Below, one piece after another: positions 13,101 to 26,239 of a stretch of 64,000 nucleotides of DNA. The DNA comes from Anthoceros angustus. Its lineage: Eukaryota; Plantae; Anthocerotophyta. The notes beneath the pieces are model-generated. The model was not told the origin of the DNA. It worked only from the letters and a program-made list of their open reading frames with translations, and ran no database searches. Where the stretch lies: assembly GCA_010909165.1 (NCBI GenBank), contig MU008167.1, positions 434,001 through 498,000 of the forward strand, in the 5' to 3' direction. Made by a program: the position numbers and the translations under genes. Position 1 is the first letter of the stretch; every line of letters starts with the position of its first letter.

Positions 13101-15958
13101 TCTGAAATGAGTTTTATCAACATGACGAATATTTTTCCTGGTGGCATCCCAGAACCTCCCAAAGGCTGGGAATCAGATGTTAATACCAGCAATGAAAATC
13201 TCTTTGCCCCAGGAGTATCAGGGAGAGGATTGGTGGTCCCTTTGACCATTCTGCACAACACGTCATCCGATCATGCCTTGCCGGTGTTAATACAGGAGCT
13301 AGCCCAGGCAAGATTACGTGCAACTCTAAGAAGACCAAGTGCGTATTTGAAGGCTTCCAGTCATCCCCTGCCCCTTACAAAGGATGAAGCCCTAGAGATT
13401 CAGACAGTCTTAGCTATCTTGGCGGCTTTGTTTGTACTCATCCCGTTTTGTTACCTAGCAGCCAGCTTTGCTGTTTTTGTGGTTCGGGAAAGAGCTGTGA
13501 AGGCGAAGCTTCTTCAGGTATTCTTCCTCTGGCTTGAAGGATCAGAATGTGGTTGTCTGGGACATTTCTGACAAGATGCATTTGACTCTGGTTGTCATGC
13601 AATGGCCAGTATATAATACAGTGACTCTACTGTCTCAGATGGTCAGTGGGGCAAACGTGTTCACGTATTGGTTTGCAACTTACACCTGGGACATGGTTAA
13701 CTATGTAGCCATTGTGGCCATCACGCTACTTGTATTTTTTATTTACCGGGATGATGCATTTATTGGCACTTGGTTATCAGCTTCTGCTGTGACCATCCTC
13801 TTGGTCGCATTTGGGCTCTCTGTGGTGCCTCTGTCCTACGTTTATGCATTTGGATTCTCCAACCATGCAAGTGCACAGGTAAAAGCATTGGAACCAGGGG
13901 CTCCTTGAGTTGGTCAAACTTTGGAGTTGGATCGGTCTTGATGGAACCTGGCACCCTGACCTGTTAGACTGCTGGTTCTCATTTGCTGGAGTAATTCTCA
14001 TGGTGTGAAGCATCCCTTCCAATTCATTCTGCAGGTTGCTATTGCGGGGATACATTTTGTTACAGGCTTTGTCATGGTGGTTGCAAGCATTGTAATGGGA
14101 GCTCTCGAGGAAACAAAGGTTAGTGAACAGAATCTGCTGGAACATGTCTATGGGTCCGTTCTACAAGCATGTGCCGTGACCACATTCTTATGTATTCATT
14201 TGCCCTCTTTGCAGGCAGTAAATAACGTGCTTGTCCATGTGTACCGTCTTTTCCCTCCGTACAACTTGGGAAAGGGCCTCTTGAGCCTATCAGCATTGCA
14301 GCTTGAGTTATCCGTGTTGGGGGGGAGAGCAGATCCCTACCAGTGGGACATCATTGGGCAGCCACTGTGCTTCATGTTCCTTGAAGCTCTAGGCTATATG
14401 ATTTTAACTCTGCTTATTGACAGTGATGCCCTTGCAAGGGCTTGGGCTGCAGTCAAGGATTTTGCGTCGTTCCCGTATCTCCAACGGCACAGTTTTGTTC
14501 CAGGTACACCCTTCTGCACACACTTTCGGACCAAAAGTTTGCCTTCTGTTGAGTTGCTTTCTGCGTAAGCCACCAACCGTTTAAATGGCTAGTGGGATAC
14601 TGTTTATCTAACCTTCATACCCTTTATGGTGCCCATAGCGGAAGACGTGGATGTGTTGACCGAGAGAAAGCGTGTTGAGGGAAGCGTGAGGAAGGATGCA
14701 GTTACAATGCAAAGACTGCGTAAAGTATACCCTGGTAACAAAGGTGAATCAGGCAAGGCAGCTGTGAGTGACCTCAGCCTCGGTATTCCCGCTGGGGAAT
14801 GTTTTGGCTTTTTGTAAGTGCTCCTTAAGACCTTCCCGCTGGACGTTGGGTTTAAAAAAGAGTGTTCTCGTTCTCTGCTGGTCCCTCTCTCACTGCTTAT
14901 GTTGCTGCTGTAATTTTGTGCAGAGGAGTGAATGGTGCAGGAAAGACGACAACCCTGTCAATGTTAACCGGTGATATAAAGCCAACTAGTGGCAACGCCT
15001 TCATAAATGGCTACTCTGTCTTGACTGAACTACCTCTAGTACAGAAGCAAATAGGCTACTGTCCTCAGTTCGACCCATTACTCGATCTCATGACTGCCAG
15101 GGAACACCTGCACATGTACGCAAGGCTGAAGGGTGTACCCAAAAGTGCAGTAAATGCCATGGTAGATGAGATGTTGAATGCAGTTGGGCTTGACAAGTAT
15201 GCAGACGTTGTGTCAGGCTCGTACAGTGGTGGGAACAAACGCAAATTGTCACTGGCGATCGCGTTGGTGAGTGCTGCTCCACTTCCCGTCCCTTGCTTTC
15301 TCGTGTTACATCGAAGTTCTAACAAAGGTATTGTCACGCTTGTTTGCAGATAGGAGACCCAGCCGTGGTATTCCTCGATGAGCCTGGAAGTGGGATGGAT
15401 CCAGTGGCCCGAAGAGCCATGTGGGATCTCATCGTGCAGGCAGTGTCTCAACGGAACGTAGCCATGGTACTGACCACCCACAGCATGGAGGAGTGTGAGG
15501 CACTGTGCAGCAGGGTCGGGGTCATGGTCGCTGGCAGCCTCGTATGTTTGGGCCCCATCCAACACATCAAATCTCGTTTCGGTGAAGGTAACAGCTCCCT
15601 CTTCTGCTGCTTCTTCTCATCACACCCCATCCCCGCAAATGCTCCTTCCTGAACCCTCACGACCGGTCCTTCCGCAGGTTACACTGTGGAGATGAAATAC
15701 ACTTCCCCCGAAGCTCCAGAATTGATCGCAGAGTTCATGAGTACCAACTTCTCAGGAGCGAAGCTGGTGGAGCAGCACTCTCAGAGGCTGACATACAGAC
15801 TACCCTCCGAGGGGGCCCCACTCTCCCTCATCTTTGGTGCCATCCAAAACGAGCAGGAGAGAGTCGGAGTGGTGGACTACAGCGTGAGCCAAAGCACGCT
15901 CGAGCAGGTGTTCCTTTCGTTCGCTAAGCAAAGACCAGAAGACGCGACCACAAAATAA
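7150..15958 (+). CDS. Full-size ABC transporter subfamily A (TMD-NBD-TMD-NBD), many exons
   Basis: N-terminus [12 protein letters not shown]|[14 protein letters not shown]; [16 protein letters not shown]; NBD1 [39 protein letters not shown]; NBD2 [39 protein letters not shown]; C-terminal SQSTLEQVF; GT-AG introns. Start could be 7150 or 7156. Confidence 0.95.
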
Positions 15959-16094
15959 CCTCTCACTTCGTTTTCTAATATCGATTTTACGTCAAGTCCC
16001 ATGTCTTGCGATACATCAATTGGCGTGTACACGTTCATATGTATATACACCATCTTCTATCTTGTAATTTAACACTAATTTTCTTCATTACCTT

Positions 16095-16188
16095 CTGCTC
16101 TTCAAGATGTTGAGTATCCCGATTTCCCCATGGACGGACCTTCTACTCTTCAAGATGTTGAGTATCCCGATTTCCCGATGGACGGACG
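16095..16188. repeat. Tandem duplication, 2 x ~48 bp
   Basis: CTCTTCAAGATGTTGAGTATCCCGATTTCCC(C/G)ATGGACGGAC twice. Confidence 0.9.
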
Positions 16189-16786
16189 CGATACGAATGC
16201 GAGGTTCGAGACGCGCACCACGTTGTCGCGGTCAGAAGCCGCATCCGACAGACCAAATCGAGAAGATCAGCCGAGGTTTTGTACGATAAGCAAGAATGGT
16301 GAAGTGCCGCGTGGGACCCCGGGCGGAGCGGCCCGCCTGCATGCCGAGGCGGAGGCAAAATTGGGCATCGGCCATGGCGTCTGGGCCTTGTCCGCAGCGA
16401 CCAACAGCGGCGCCCACGATGCTGCATGCACCAATTTCGCCTCACCACGTTACGTTTTCTCGCGCATCCTCTCTTCTGCCGTCCTCCCCTCCGCCCATCT
16501 CTCAGTCGCCCCCTTCCTTGCTGTTGTAGTTGTACCCATCACGGAGTGGTTGAGACACGTGCGACTTCTGCGCCTCAAGAATTTGCTGCTCCCAGCACCA
16601 CCGGCTGCACCAGTTTCACCTTCTAATTCCGCTCCAGATTTCCCTCCTTCAGCTGGACGAGCTTGCAAGTGCTCCAGCGGGATCTGGAAGATCTCACTTC
16701 TTCCACTGGGTGCCCAATTTCGGAAGACTCTGGGCTACAATTGGTGGGAATCGAGCAGGGCCCGTGATTTTCGTCTGTGTCCCACA

Positions 16787-19070
16787 ATGCAGAGCCTCTG
16801 TGCGGCCCAGACCTGTGTGAGGGATGTTGCTCGGCTGAGCGAGCGTGAAATTCCAGTTCCAGCTCCAGCTACTGCAGCAGCAAAGCTGTCCAGCTGCAAG
16901 AATGGGGTGAGCAGCAAGGTGGTCGTTGTGGGCAGCCCGCTGCTGGGAAAATCTGCGCAGGTCTGTCGGAGCAGGACCGTGATCGCAATCGCCAAAATTC
17001 GGAAGGGGAAGAAGACCGGCTCTGAGACGGAATATCCGTGGCCGGAGAAGGTGAATGTGGATGCCGAGCCGGATGGGTCTTTGGCCTTCTTGTCAAGGTT
17101 TAAGCCGTTGCCATCCAAGCCCAAGCCGGTCACTCTGCCCTTCGAGCTGCCGCTTGTGGATCTGGAGAAGAGAATTAGAGAGGTAAGGTGATGCGTGGCC
17201 GTGCTTCTCCTTAGTCTGGGGTCCGAATTTCAACATCTTGCGGCTCTCGTTGACAGATCACGGAACTTGCTGAGAAAACCGGGATGGACTTCAGCGACCA
17301 AGTTGTGGAGCTGCGACAGAAATATGAGCAGGTTCCTCCAGAATTGCTGGTCAATTGTTGCCCTTTGCTTTTAAGAGGCTGCGGAAATGGCGAAAAAGAG
17401 CTGATTGATGAATTCGCCTTGCAGGTCCGGCGCGATTTGTACACCCAACTCACCCCTGTTCAACGACTTAGCGTAGCTCGACACCCGAATAGACCAACAT
17501 TTCTGGACCATGTATTGAACATCACAGACAAGGTAAGCAGCTGTTGGCGTTTTGCCAAGTCTCCACCAAGGGCAGAATGCTTTCTCTGACTGACTGAAAC
17601 GGGGATACAACACCAGTGGGTGGAACTTCATGGGGACCGAGGTGGGTACGATGATCCAGCATTAGTATGTGGGATTGGGAAGATTGAAGGAATGAGCTTC
17701 ATGTTCATGGGCCACCAGAAAGGGCGCAATACCAAAGAGAACATTTACCGTAACTTTGCCATGCCAACTCCCAATGGGTATGATCTGAAGCAGGCTGCTT
17801 CTGAAGAGTGATACTATCATGCGTACTTCTGTAGCAAAACAGTCTGTCTTCGAACTGATTAGCATTGCGATTGCAGGTATCGAAAGGCTCTGCGGATGAT
17901 GCGGCATGCTGACCATCACGGGTTTCCTATCCTGAGTTTCATCGACACTCCAGGAGCGTATGCTGGCCTTAAGGCAGAGGAGCTGGGCCAAGTAAGTAGA
18001 GGCATATTCCCTTGGATCATCTGGAACATTGTCCTGTGTAAGTACTCGTGAACTACCCACAAATGAAGACTGATGGTGGACTGCTCCTTACTTTGTACAG
18101 GGAGAAGCCATTGCCCATAACTTGAGAGAGATGTTTGGCCTCCGCGTGCCCATCATCACAACTGTGATAGGAGAAGGTGGCTCCGGTGGTGCTCTCGCTA
18201 TTGGTTGCTGTGACAAGATGTTGATGTTGGAAAATTCCGTCTACTATGTAGCAAGGTGCATTTCGTTTGGCTGTTCTTGCGGATAAGGTCAGACATGCTT
18301 AGGTTACTTATGTCCAGTGTGTGAACCAAAAAACGCTGCCAGAATCTTAGCAAGAACGTTTTGGCTGCAGCCCTGAAGCATGTGCTGCAATTCTATGGAA
18401 GACAGCAGAGGCCGCTCCCAAGGTGCTTCGAAGAATCACACTGTTCCGGTTTATCAGTAAGGACCCACCACTACTTTGCAAGGAGATAATATCTTCGCCT
18501 GCTTGGCCCGTTTCGTTTTGTAGGCTGCGGAGGCTTTGCGAATAACTGGCCATGAGCTACAGCAGTTGGGAATCGTTGATGAAGTTCTTCCAGTATGACT
18601 ACTATTTACCATCCTGTGCGTGTATTTGTTCTTCTTGAAGTTGGCTGAGGCTGGAAACTCATCAAGCACCATGGGCGTGGTATACAGGAACCAGTGGGAG
18701 GCGCACACAGCGATCCAGAGCAAACCTCAAGGAACATCAAGGAAGCCATTTTGAGATACATGCGAGTAAGCAACTTGAATTTGTGCTCATGAGTGTAGGC
18801 ATCGATATATTTGCTGATTAACTCTTCCCTGCTGGCTGACAGGAACTACTGGTGCTAGACCCTGAGATACTGATGCAGCATCGTGTAGCCAAGTTTCGAA
18901 AAATGGGGGCTGTAGAAGAGGCTGGGGAAGTTGATCCCTACAGCAAGAGAAACATGAAAAAGCGTGATGCGCCTTCGGAACCGATATTTTTGCCGAAAGG
19001 AGTGCAGTCCAATTTGGACGCGAAGCTGAAGAGTGAAATATCGGTTGCTTCCGTTGTCAATGCCGACTAA
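16787..19070 (+). CDS. CAC3: Plastid acetyl-CoA carboxylase carboxyltransferase alpha subunit, multi-exon
   Basis: Transit-peptide-like start MQSLCAAQ; EYPWPE; [16 protein letters not shown]; [12 protein letters not shown]; [13 protein letters not shown]; [23 protein letters not shown]; FIDTPGAY; [13 protein letters not shown]; stop TAA at 19068-19070. Confidence 0.95.
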
Positions 19071-19927
19071 TGAGCGCGTTCAAGCAGGTGGCCAGACAGT
19101 CGCACAAGACAGCCGCCTGCTTGGTGTACAGGATATTAGCCGTTTCTAATTAGGCCGTAAAGTAATGATACGCCTAAATGATCGCTGCGTTATTGATTTT
19201 TGACGACATCGCAAGGGACGGACAGACTTCTTTATATAACCGGAATTCTAAGGCCACTGATTTTTCTAAGCTTTGTATACAGCCTACAACAAGAATAGGT
19301 ACACGCAGACCGTGACACCTACAAAGGCACCAAACCGTGGGCACCTACTAATTGCACACAAAGAGACTGTCAGGGATTACAAGCAAGCTCGAGCGAGTTT
19401 CTGCCCAGCAAAGTAGAGTAAACAAACAGAAACACAGGATGATAAAAATCCTCCTAGACCGTCTGCCCATTATGGCAGGACAGGTTGATTGTTTCTACTG
19501 TTCACGAAATACATTTTTTCGGCAAATCAGATCACGCTAACGCTGAGCTACTCCACGTATATGTCATGTCGTGACCATAAGCATCAACTCCAGGCACGTT
19601 GAGGATGTGCCCAATAATTTCTTCCAGTCCAGGGAATCAGTGACTTTGAGTTGAAATGAAAACCAGTCCAGATCACTTCAGTCACCAGAACATTGAGGAC
19701 GAGGAGCAGTTCCTATAGTGAGCCAAGCTGCAGATGAGGCCCAAGAGTCTTGTTGCCGAGCAGAATACAAACATAAAATGCAACTTCTATCAGTTCACCT
19801 GAGGCTTGAGGGCCGTTCTTTAGCCAGCCATTTCAAGTCGGACACTCAGTAGGATAATCTTTGAAGCTGCACCCTCCTCCTCCTCAACTACCAACCGCTG
19901 ACCAGAGCACTCCTTCTGCCATTAGCT

Positions 19928-21357
19928 TCATAAGATCAAATAACCAAAGTCCAGCATTCCAGAGTCATCACCTCCGCAGCTCATGCTTGATTTCCGAACA
20001 GCATATCCTCGTTCGCCATTCCGGAAGTCCTGGCACAGACATACTGATCTCAACTCTGCTGCTGAGTCGTTGGCCCTGCGTACGATAGGAGCTGATAACA
20101 AAACAGGTGGCGGAGTGCAGGCTGTTATCACCTCCAACTTGTGGAAATATGCCCGCCCTGCATTTGTGTCGATGTAGGATATGCAAGAGGGGGTAGGGAT
20201 GGATGCTGGACGAATGCAGGTGCAGAATGCTGAAAATCAGCCCTGTTATCCTGAGGCTTCGTACCCCCAACACAGTGTGGTAAGAGGGGTGCACCAGCAC
20301 CCACAGTTTGAGACAAATTTAGACCTTCAGCACCGCCATTCTTGCCTAAGAGTGCTTGAATTAATGAAGGATTGTTAAGAATGTTCAGAAGAAGCTCACT
20401 GTCAATCAGGCTGCCAGCCTCTCGTGACTTCTCAACAGCCTCAGCGACAACCGATGCAGCATTCGGTACCCCTTGTGCCGTGCTTTGCTGAAAGGACGGC
20501 AAGGGACTTGCAGATATACTACCCGAGACAGGAGGAAACGCCATATTGCCAGCGCTTGGCGAAATCCCCCTGAAGCCGATCCCTCTGCTCGGATCTTGAG
20601 GCACCACAGGCCGTGGCAACCACGCTCCAGGTGGTTGTTGCCCGAACATGCCATTGCTGACACCATAGCTGGTTGCGCCACTCACTGGAACAGGAGCCTG
20701 GGGGACGCCCACCCGTCCGACGTCATTGTTCACGATCCGCGGCGTCGAGAACCTCGCTGGCTCATCTTGCTCGGCCGCATCCTCTTCCACTGGCACCAGT
20801 GGAATTTGCGGGATATACTCATCCTGGATATCCTGCGGAGGCTCCTGAGGCTCAGCTGGACTTGGCGGAATTGCGGACGATCGCGGATAAACAGCCTCCA
20901 AAAACCTAACTTGTCGATCCTGTTGAGTCTTCACCTCTTCACTTGCTTCTCCAGCCATTATTCCCCATGAGTCATCCATTTTCAGAAATGGAGGACGCCG
21001 CCAAGCCACCTTCGGAACAACTGCTGCAATTGCAGCTGCATCAACCATCCTTCTGGGTACCTGCTTTTCGCCTGCATATGCAAAACCGGGAGGAAGGTCG
21101 CCCCTAGCAACAGGATCAGCTGCATGCATGAACTTCGACATCTTCACCTTCAACCTATCTTGGTATCCTGCACCTGCCAAATACGGAGCATCCTCCGCCG
21201 CAAACAAACGAACTTCGCACAGTCCTGCTGCCCATGTCACCTTCTTCGGCCTTGGCCTCTTGATCCTAGTCTGCAGGAGAGCTCCTGCGACAGGAGCAGG
21301 ATGAGAGCGTACTGAAGAGGGGCCTCCAAATCCTGGAGGAAGATCCAAATCGTCCAT
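19928..21357 (-). CDS. Zinc finger CCCH domain-containing protein 6-like, with KKVTW PP1-docking motif
   Basis: MDDLDLPPGF, KKVTW..LCEVRLF..EDAP, WRRPP, GEASEEV..Q..R..LEAVYPR.SAIPPSPAEP, GSLIDSELLLNILNNP; probable short intron ~20076-20131; 3' end uncertain; leader probably extends to ~22750. Confidence 0.75.
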
Positions 21358-23892
21358 TTCAGCTGTGACAGCAAGCTGAAGTGTGGTCACAAGCCGAACC
21401 AATCCCTCCGGAAGAATGTCGCTTCAGCCACAAATTTGATGACAGCAGATTCAAGCTGCACTGACGCAGTTTGTTCAATGAGGAGATTTCATGAGATGCG
21501 TCCCAATCAGAACTGCAGGCTTAGAAGTCCAGCAAGCACGAGTGGAGGAAATGGATTGCGACCACAAACTATTCCGCAGGGGAGCCAAGGATTTGCAGGC
21601 GATCCCGTGTTGCTACAGCGTGGATGCGCTTTTGCATTTGACAAGTTCTAGGGACTTCGATACTTGGCCCATCTAGCTCAGGTTTCGACCTTGGCAAAAG
21701 TTTGCTAGTGGAGTGGCTTCTTGACCTAACATTCGTACTGCAAGGTGAAGGCAGCTCCGTCCAATCGTTCGAGCACCGCCTTTCAGTGCAAGAGTCCCAC
21801 AGGATTAGTGACTCAAGGAACTGAGCCCGGGAAACACGTCACACATACTCAGCACACCACAGCCATACGCTGATCCCGCCGAACACGGCCACCTGTTCAA
21901 ATGGACTACCTGCACGTCGGGGGAGGAGTACAGCAGGAGAATGGATTGAAAACGCCCGTAGTGCATGAACCACCACCGCTCCGTCGATGATGGCTCTTTC
22001 TCTTCGATCACGCAATGCAGAACCTGATACAGACCGTGAAGACGCAATCCGACAAGAAAGGGCCTCTCTCTGGTCTAAACCAGATCCGAAACTCGCCGTC
22101 AAGGAAGCAACCCTAGAAGAGAGCTGATGCTACGGCCAGGGTTTCGATTCGATGCATCACAACGCAAAAGAACCAGACGGGGCAGCAAAGACTCCTCTCC
22201 GGCCACTTGAGGAACAGCAAGCGGAGATCAGCGGGATGGAGTTACATGGGATGCAGCCGGGGGAACTAACGAGAACAAGAAAGCCGCTCTCCAGGGCACC
22301 GACGGCGGAGCAGCCGCTTGCGGACACAGAGTACTAGAACAGGGGAAAACGCTGGGCCTCAGGGCCAGATCTTGTGCCTTCCTCTTCCGAAGGACAGGAG
22401 GCACCAAACCCCGCAATTGCTTCAAACAAGCACTCACATACAAGCAGGCCTTGCCACCGCCGCCGCCACCGCCACCGCTGCACAGCCGGTGCGTCGTTGC
22501 CGCAACCTCGGGGCTGCAGATGCAGAAACCCCAGGCAGCTCAGAGCGGTCTCGACGACACCAGCCGTAAGAAAACAGCGGCTGAGGACCGGGAGGGGGGA
22601 GGCCGGATAGTTGTCGTCGAGGGTCCCTTGTGCGGACTGTGACGATGCTGGGTCAGGTCCAGCACGGCATCGGGAGACGGGCGGCAAGGGAAGGGGAGGA
22701 AAAGAGAGGGGAGCCCGACAAAGACTAGCGGAGGAAGGGGAAGAAGACGATGACACGCTAGAGATGTGCATACAACGCGGCCGGTGATAGGTCAAGCGCT
22801 GAGCCACATGTGGTGCCTTTCGCCGGTTTCCTCTCACGGCTGCAGTTTAAAATATCCGCCGCAGTTTCGCCGCCTTTGTATTGCTGCCTTCCAAGTATTT
22901 AGTTATTACAACTAGCTCCGATTTAAGTCTTTCCCTGAAGATGATAGTCCATTCTAGTCCATGAAGATCGTCCGTTTTCAGTGGACTAAAAGAAATTCCG
23001 GCTTCTTCGTCTTATAATTGGTAAGATTCTTGTTTTAAAAATATGTAGCTATTCATGTCCTACTATATGTTAAAACACATGAGAAAATTGAACATATGAT
23101 TGTTGGAAAAAGAGTGTTCCCGTAAATTTATACAAGAGAGTTTTTAAACCTTCCTTAAATAATAATTACTTTACATATTATTTTTATCACAATTATTATT
23201 TTTATTTTTAACATACATTACATACACAAAATGATATTCAAAGGAGGTCTCACAAGTACGCAATATCACACAATAAATAACACATCATATATAACATTAT
23301 TTTGTTTAGAATATTGTTGCTTGCTTTACTCCTAAACAAGGTCGCACTAGTACGTGGTATCATGCACAATAAATAGCATAGCATCAAGAACATTATCTTG
23401 TTCAGAACATCGTTGCTTGTTTTACTCATCAAACTATCTCTGTGTATAATAGTGTCAGGCTGTAGTGTCGTTCAAGTAGTGTTCACATTGGGTTTTTGCC
23501 CTCTTCTAACCTTGCTCAAAGACCGGGGCACCCTTTTCTGAGAGTGATATGTCGATAATAACCATTGACGGAAGCCTGCGTTGAAACGCCCTTGATGGAC
23601 TGTTTACTCCATTGACTTTTAGTTTTTAATTTTACTAAAACTTACATGAACCTTCGAATCTTGGCATACGACCACCAGTCCGTCTCCTTCAGGCAGCTAG
23701 TTCATAGCCACGTTCTGGAAGCCAAGTTTCTTGCCTTGTGTGGACTAGTAGAGTCTAGTTCCTCACTTGTTTGTGACATTCCGAGCCCTGTTTTTAGGCC
23801 TGCGATTCTTGCATTATGATTTTGAGCGAAATTCCAGGACTCATTTCTTGGGGCTCGTCTTTACAAAGTAATTGGGCTTTTCGGGACTCAGA

Positions 23893-24138
23893 AGATACAG
23901 AGGGAGGTGTGAACAGTATAATGTTGTGGTGAAGAAGCTTTCATGGGACTGTAAAATATTTACCAACTGCCGGGCCCCCTAACCTTTTTCCAAAGCAAGG
24001 AGAAGTTCAACTCAAGATACGGAGGAGGTGTGAATGATAATGTTGTGGTGAAGAAGCTTTCATGGGACTGTAAAATATTTACCAACTGCCGGGCCCCCTA
24101 ACCTTTTTCCAAAGCAAGGAGAAGTTCAACCCCAAGAT
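23893..24138. repeat. Tandem duplication, 2 x ~120 bp
   Basis: ATAATGTTGTGGTGAAGAAGCTTTCATGGGACTGTAAAATATTTACCAACTGCCGGGCCCCCTAACCTTTTTCCAAAGCAAGGAGAAGTTCAAC twice. Confidence 0.9.
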
Positions 24139-24780
24139 GCCAAACACACTCAAATTGAGTGCTTTGACCCATGTTGTCCAACATTATACACAATTTTTCT
24201 ATGACTTATTCCATGTTAAGCCAGTGCTTCTTAACAAAATTTTCCCTCTACATTATAATAAAGCAATTAATTTTTTTTACATTTGATAAAAATGTGAAAG
24301 GATCTTTTAAAGAACTCATAAACCCCTTAAGAAATGGGAGCCATTACTACCTGGTCACTCCTCCAATAGTTCTGATATTTAGTGCATGGGAAAGGCCATT
24401 TTTTGGACTATGGGTCTTATTTCTTTCAGAAAAAAATATTTTGAGAAAAAATATTTGCTACAATATCTTATTTTTCTGAAAAATTAAACCACTTAGTCCC
24501 AAAAAAGATTTGTTTAACCTACTAAAAATCAAAACCATCGGATCAATATCCACGTAGTAATGGCTTACATTTCTTGAGGAGTTTGTGAGTTTTTTAAAAG
24601 ATTCTTTCGTCTTTCACTATATACATTGCTCAAAAGTCTACGACTATTTTTTATAATGTCAAGGAAAAAATCGGTAACAAAGGGCAACCTTGAAATGAAC
24701 TAGGGTCATACAAAAATTGTACACAATGTTAAAGAACATCGGTCAAAAGACTCAATTTGAGTGGGTTAGGCATTCTAGGG
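24130..24780. mobile_element. 651-bp foldback element/MITE with piggyBac-like ends
   Basis: Imperfect palindrome over its whole length (left CCCCAAGATGCCAAACACACTCAAATTGAGTGCTTTGACCCATGTT; right reverse complement CCCTAGAATGCCTAACCCACTCAAATTGAGTCTTTTGACCGATGTT); flanks TCAA (24126-24129) and TTAA (24781-24784). Confidence 0.8.
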
Positions 24781-26239
24781 TTAACTTGGATCAAATGTGG
24801 TCAACAGTGAATCTTCCTAACTTCTTGTTCATGATGACACCGGTCTCTGCTGTAACATTGGGGCGCATAAGCAAGACAACTAGGCTATAAGTAAAGACAG
24901 TGAAGATATCACGAGAGATGAAAGAATGAATTGGGTATCAGAGGGGCCTATGATAGACTTCGACCATGCATAGATTGTAGAAGGAATATCACATATTGAT
25001 AGCCTGATGAGATGATTGGACCGCTAATAAAGTGATGAGAATGATGGTTTTCATTTTTATGCGACCATGTATTTTTGGCAAACAGGTCTTCAAAAATTGG
25101 TTTGTTGTTGTACAATGTGTCTACCCATGAATAGCAGCCAATGGTGCTTTTCTCAAGGTATGGCTGAATAAATGGGTGCCAAACAAACAGTGTGGAAGGA
25201 AATGCAAATGGCCAGTCAATATTTTGTCATTGTGAGAGGGAATATGTCTTCCCCCCACACCCCTTCTTTGAACAACATGAGGGGTTTACTATCAGCCATC
25301 CGAAAGAGCATATTGAAAACTTATCATTTGCCACAAGATATTTGTTATAAATTACAAATTACTACAAAAACAGCATCTCATCGTAACAAACATTGTGTCC
25401 ACTCAGGGTTCCAGGTGAATTCGGTTGAAAAAAACCCCAAAAATGCCAAATAAATACACTCAATGCAAAAATGAATAACTTGACCATGTTTTTCGTGCGG
25501 CGAACCCCTAGAGACTTCACTACCGCCAATGGAAACAAGATAAAAGATTCCAGGAAAATGACGAATAGTGTCTAGAGAAAACAAGCTTGTTCCACAAAGC
25601 TCTGTTCACTACAAAGGTCGTAAATATGGAAACCAACTTAAAATATGCGAAATTACAAAAATCAACTTCTACATACGTGGGTGTAGGGAGGAGCTGACAA
25701 AACTCCATTGAAAAGGCCAAAATTTAAATAAACAAAAGCATCGTAGAGTGGAAGTGCGCTCGTATACCGGCGCACTCCTAAAGGTTTACACCAAAATGGC
25801 CCTGATGCAAACAAGATAGATTATGGTGAATTTCAAGAACTAAAAAGAAAGGAGGTGTATTTCTGTGTATCTACACTATCATGTGGAGCATCCATGAACA
25901 CGTCTTTCCTTTCGGAGTCTTGAACGAAATCGATATTGTCCAGATCTACATCATCATCGCCCATCACCAAAGTAGTCGCCTGCGACATTCATCAATGAAA
26001 GGTTTGGATCTTCTGTTGTGTGAGGACGGAGAGTTCCGTTCCTATCCGGTCACTGCCAACAATGCATCTGCAAGGCTACAATCTCGCCGTGCTTCTTGCG
26101 CTTTGTCTCCCTTCTTGCCCATCAAACTATATACTTGCAACTTCCTTTCAGTGGTGCCGTAAGCACAGATTTCCTATACCAGAACTTCGAGACCCCTCTT
26201 GTGAACTTATTCGTTGTGGTCTCCTCATCTCCGTCTGGA

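Noticed and set aside
16130-16786. 219-codon N-terminal extension of CAC3 in the ORF track
   Set aside because: GC-rich promoter/5' UTR that happens to be open, starting inside a 48-bp duplication; a transit-peptide-like sequence begins at ATG 16787
7150-19070. Lipid-metabolism gene cluster (ABCA + CAC3)
   Set aside because: Adjacency of two genes in a compact genome is not evidence of a cluster
21436-22837. Multiple short ORFs upstream of the C3H6-like gene
   Set aside because: GC-rich leader/intron sequence with no recognisable domains
24790-25250. Possible transposase C-terminus (QKLVCCCTMCL on the + strand) for the candidate TIR element
   Set aside because: Only a CxCxxC-like motif amid stops; no catalytic motif could be reconstructed
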